A DNA stretch of 63,113 nucleotides, filler included, from Olpidium bornovanus S191 (taxonomy: Eukaryota; Fungi; Olpidiomycota): the NCBI GenBank assembly GCA_017911155.1. It is 32 parts of 32 records of this genome, joined end to end, with 100 filler letters (N's around TTAATTAATTAA, not from the genome) between each part and the next. Parts side by side here need not be neighbours in the genome. Positions count along the whole stretch, not along the records: positions 58,899 to 60,012 come from JAEFCI010011471.1; positions 60,113 to 61,890 come from JAEFCI010010435.1; positions 61,991 to 63,113 come from JAEFCI010001714.1; 29 more parts are not named here. The stretch is one strand, 5' to 3'. A model generated the notes under the pieces. The model was not told the origin of the DNA and did no database searches. It worked only from the letters and a program-made list of their open reading frames with translations. Both the position numbers and the translations under genes were made by a program. Of the stretch, positions 59,580 to 63,113 are shown one piece after another. Numbering within the stretch: the first letter of the stretch is position 1; the number at the start of each line of letters is the position of its first letter.

Positions 59580-60179
59580 GTTTCTGCCTTCAGGGCCCAG
59601 CGGGGCTGGAGGAGCGCGCAAAGCTTTGATTCCGAGCAGATTCTTCCGCCTTCGCGGTCCCCCCTCCGCAATTCGGCACCCGGCGCCTTCACTCTGCCTC
59701 AAAAAAAAAAAAAAAAAAAAAGGAAAAAAAAAAGCAGAAGAAAAGCACTGCAGCCAACTGTCAAAACGGGGAAGAGAAAATAAAAAAAACCAAAAATTGC
59801 GGCGAAGGGCTCCCCTCATTTCTTTGCGTTCAGCATTCTGTCGGCGTCAGCTTTGCTCCCGGGAAGTGTGGAAAAAACAACACGGGTTGCAGCATGCCGC
59901 ACTTCATTAACGGCAGTTACGAAGCCTACAAATGTGTCGATCGCTGCAGTTTTGGCGGCGACAGTCTCCGATCCACCCACTATGATTTCTTTTAAACACT
60001 TCACTTCTTCTCNNNNNNNNNNNNNNNNNNNNNNNNNNNNNNNNNNNNNNNNNNNNTTAATTAATTAANNNNNNNNNNNNNNNNNNNNNNNNNNNNNNNN
60101 NNNNNNNNNNNNCGACGGATCCTCCGCGTTTCTAAAAAATAAAAAGATGTTGGAAAGGGCCCCAAAAACCTTTTTTCTC

Positions 60180-60226
<47 letters not shown>

Positions 60227-61482
60227 AAGCAAAGGCCCCCCGCGCCCCCGCCGCACCTTTCCGAGAGTCGGGTTCCGCGCGGGTTTCAAAAGCCGGAAGG
60301 GGCGTTTCCCGGGGGAAAAGAAAAAAAAACAAAGGAAAAGCAACAAAATAAATTGGGCGGCCTTTCTCGGCGGCTAAAACCAAAATTCCCGTCCCGCCTG
60401 CCCCGTCCCTACCGGGCGGGGAAGCAGGAAACGGACCCGTTCCACACGGACGAGCTGGACCAGATAAACGCGTGGCAGCCGTGCTGGGCCGACCACGCCT
60501 GCTGACGGCGGCGGGGGAGAGGAGGTCCCGCGGCGAGCTGGGTGCCGCTTCCGCCCCCCCCCCCCCTTCCCCCCGAAAGAGACGTTCTCGCCGTAGCGGT
60601 TTACCGGGCCGTTCGAGCGCGCGGGCGGCGATGGTAACTTGCCGAGTTGACCAATACCCTCGTCCACCCCCATTATCCCACCCCACCCTCCCCTTTACGC
60701 CTTCATGCCTCCAATTCGCCGGAGTTCCTCCCCCCTCCAATTTCCCGGATTTTTTTTTCAATACTGATATTCCGGCTCCCGCTCCCTTTCCTTTAACGGC
60801 CTTTGACAATTCAGGCGTTATTTCGTCTTCCCCCGAACCGCACGCTCCGGTTCTCTCTCTCTCTCTCTCTTTTTCTTTTTTCTTTTTTGGCAGATAGGAT
60901 CGGGTCGCCCGGAAAATCGATGCATGTGTCATGTATTCCACCTTTCTTTCGCGCTGTCCCGCAACAAATCGCATGCCCCTCTTCGCGTTCGCTCCGCGCC
61001 CGACGTCCCCTTTTATTTTTATTCTCAGATTCATTTTTTTTTTGCGATCAACAAAAACGGGCACGCGTGGTGTTTGTCCCACTCGCCATCCCTACCTTTC
61101 CCGCCGGGAGGCGGGACCATTTCGTTCCTCCGCTTGGATGGTCGTTTAATGCCGCGTTCTCCCCAAATTTTTATCTCCGATGTGGTTCGCCAGATTGCTT
61201 GCCGTTTCCGTCTTTGGTCAGCACGGTCAGCTCGCGATGCTATGACGGCGTCACTGCAGGCCGTTTCCTGTCCCCGCACCCCTCCCCCGTCCCCTTTGTA
61301 CAACAACGCCGTCCGGCAAGTCATTCGATAATGCGAGACTACCACTCATGGCCAATCGCATCCAAAGTTCGCATTGTAATGCAGGAAGCAGAAAAACCTG
61401 GCGGAGGCACGTAGGCCTGCGCGCAAGGCTCATAAGGCAAGCGAAGAACCAAAACAGTAAGAAGTGGAAGTCGGCCGCACGG

Positions 61483-61790
61483 TCATCGCCGCCGCGATTT
61501 CCCGGGCGACGAAGACGACGAGCCGGAAGCGGCCCCACCGCTGGGAGTCTTCGGCGCGAGCATGTTCGCCAGCGTCTGAGACAAATCTGGCAGCGAGGCC
61601 TGCGGGTTGGTCCCCGCCGACGAGCGCTTGACCTCTTCCAAAGCTTGCGGGTCTGCAGGAGGTATCAAAACGCAACAAGGTGGAATCAACGCTCCGCAAC
61701 AGTTTCGGTTCTTGACGCGTGTTGGCCAGGACAAATAACAGCAACAGCAGCAGCAACAACACCCGTACCCATGTTTTCCAAATTCTCGAT
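61483..61790 (-). CDS. EMC7: ER membrane complex subunit 7-like C-terminus (5' partial)
   Basis: Spliced ENM|DPQALEEVKRS..SLPDLSQTLANML..SGSSSSSPGKSRRR* resembles the EMC7 tail DPDMRREMEQS..ELPDVSEFMTRLF..SSGSSKTGKSGAGKRR. Last exon 61652-61483. Confidence 0.6.
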
Positions 61791-62461
61791 TATTCTCGAT
61801 TTTTATTTTTGGGCACGCTCAGCTTCCGTACTATTTTTCTCTTTCTGTGAAACAAAAAAAAAAAAAAAAAAAAAAAACGCGTTCGCGGACNNNNNNNNNN
61901 NNNNNNNNNNNNNNNNNNNNNNNNNNNNNNNNNNTTAATTAATTAANNNNNNNNNNNNNNNNNNNNNNNNNNNNNNNNNNNNNNNNNNNNCCATGACTTT
62001 CCCCTCTTCTTGTGTACAGTGCCGAAGCATTAATTGATTTTCCGGAAAGACCTCAGTTTTGATAGACAATTTTTTGGACCAAATTTGAAACAAGTGGTGA
62101 GTCTAAGCTGATGGCACCGTAGGTCACAGGGAGAAGGGGGAAGGGCCGTTCGTTGCCTGCTAGAATTCTCTGTTTTATCGTTCGAGGAGGCCTCAATCCT
62201 CTCCTCCCGCTTCCCCCACTTTTCCCCCTCTGGCTCCTTTCCTCCTCTTCCCTCCGCCGACCTTTTTGGGCGTGCGTGTGCGCTTGGGCTTTCCTTTTTT
62301 TTTTTTTTTTTTTTTTTTTCCCAACGGCGCGGGTTTTCTCCTTCCCCCCCCCTTCCCTTCCCTTCTGTCCTCCTTTTTCCTCCCCGGCGGGCCCTTCCTT
62401 CCTTCCCTCCCCCGCCCGTTCCAAAAAAACCAACCTTCAGCAGGCAACGGCCGACGCACAC

Positions 62462-62863
62462 ATGGTCTCCGTCACCAGCGCAGACCCCCCCGCCGCCGCG
62501 GGCAACGGCTGCTCCGGCGCCGACTGCGAGAACCAGCCGGGTCCCCCGCCGCAAGCCTCTGCTCCCTCCTCCTCCTCCTCCGGCCCCGCCGCCGCCGCCA
62601 CCGCCTCCTCCCCCTCTTTCGTCGCCCGCGTGGCCGCGCTGCCCGTCGTCGCCGAAGCGTGCTCCGCCGCAAACGGTGCCGTCGCCTCGCTCGCCGAGAG
62701 GAACAGGCACGTCCGCAGGGCCGTCGAAACCACGTCCGGCGCTGTCTCCGCGGCCGTTTCCGCAGCCAGCAAGTACGCCGAACCCTACCAGCAACGCCTC
62801 GCGCCACACTTCACCCGGGCCGACGGCGCCGCTAATATGGTGCTCGACCTCGTCGAGGAGAAG
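62462..62863 (+). CDS. Perilipin/CAP20-like lipid-droplet protein, first exon (3' partial)
   Basis: SFVARVAALPVVAEA..AVETT..YAEPYQQRLAPHFTRADGAANMVLDLVEEK|GTGAG matches the PAT-domain pattern (RVASLPLV..AD..A..GLDKVEEK). Confidence 0.78.
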
Positions 62864-63113
62864 GTGAGCCGACGAAAAAGAGGAACCACCTGCTTTGCCC
62901 GCGTTCTCCGGGTGGGGCGGGCCTTTATGGAGTTTTGGGAGGAGAGGGAGGGGGGAAAAGGCGAGGAGGAGGAGGAGAGAACGAAGAACGGCGGGCGGCA
63001 GAGGAGGGCATGGTCGATTTGTCAGAAATTCTCGCGGGCGACCCTGACGAGTGCCTGCCCGGCCGTCCGCCTGCCTCGAGGGCGGAGGCCGGCCTGCTGA
63101 ATCCCGTGGAAGA

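Noticed and set aside
1-63113. Treating neighbouring genes as an operon, cluster or system
   Set aside because: Contigs are joined by artificial N/TTAATTAATTAA linkers, so adjacency across them carries no information.

Overview
This window is not contiguous DNA. It is 32 short contigs (about 1-4.7 kb) joined by 31 artificial 100-bp linkers (44 N + TTAATTAATTAA + 44 N), so gene neighbourhood across linkers means nothing. The DNA is GC-rich eukaryotic sequence with short GT-AG introns, CTAAC/CTGAC branch sites and long homopolymer runs. Gene content looks fungal: Pbs2-type MAPKK, Gcn5, Gpi14, Unc104-type kinesin-3, CAP20/perilipin and fungal-type retroelements. Several genes better known from animals or plants suggest an early-diverging fungus; this is inference. 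All protein assignments come from motifs I recognised and splicing I did by hand, with no database search. Most genes are partial housekeeping genes: GCN5, ESF2, RNA15/CSTF2, PBS2, AFG3/YTA12, two AN1 zinc fingers, kinesin-3, GPI14, COG2, GCDH, a CBR-like SDR, glucosidase II alpha, EMC7 and perilipin. There are also two tRNAs (Leu-CAG, Val-CAC) and several copia and gypsy fragments. The most notable items are: (1) a Pellino-type cryptic-FHA protein with a SIM/NLS extension; (2) an unrecognised protein built from alternating ~60-aa 'RSNEFL' helical repeats; (3) a BRCC36-like MPN protein with a destroyed JAMM site, recognisable only after splicing; (4) a divergent AEP/PrimPol-like gene with an identical 20-nt hairpin in two putative introns; (5) a plant-type TTM3 tunnel metalloenzyme; (6) an FNBP4 orthologue; (7) a copia element with a half-tRNA-iMet PBS separated from its LTR end by a tRNA-like, PBS-pairing spacer; (8) a candidate H/ACA-like ncRNA. 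In addition, 24 of the 62 internal contig ends fall at CATG.
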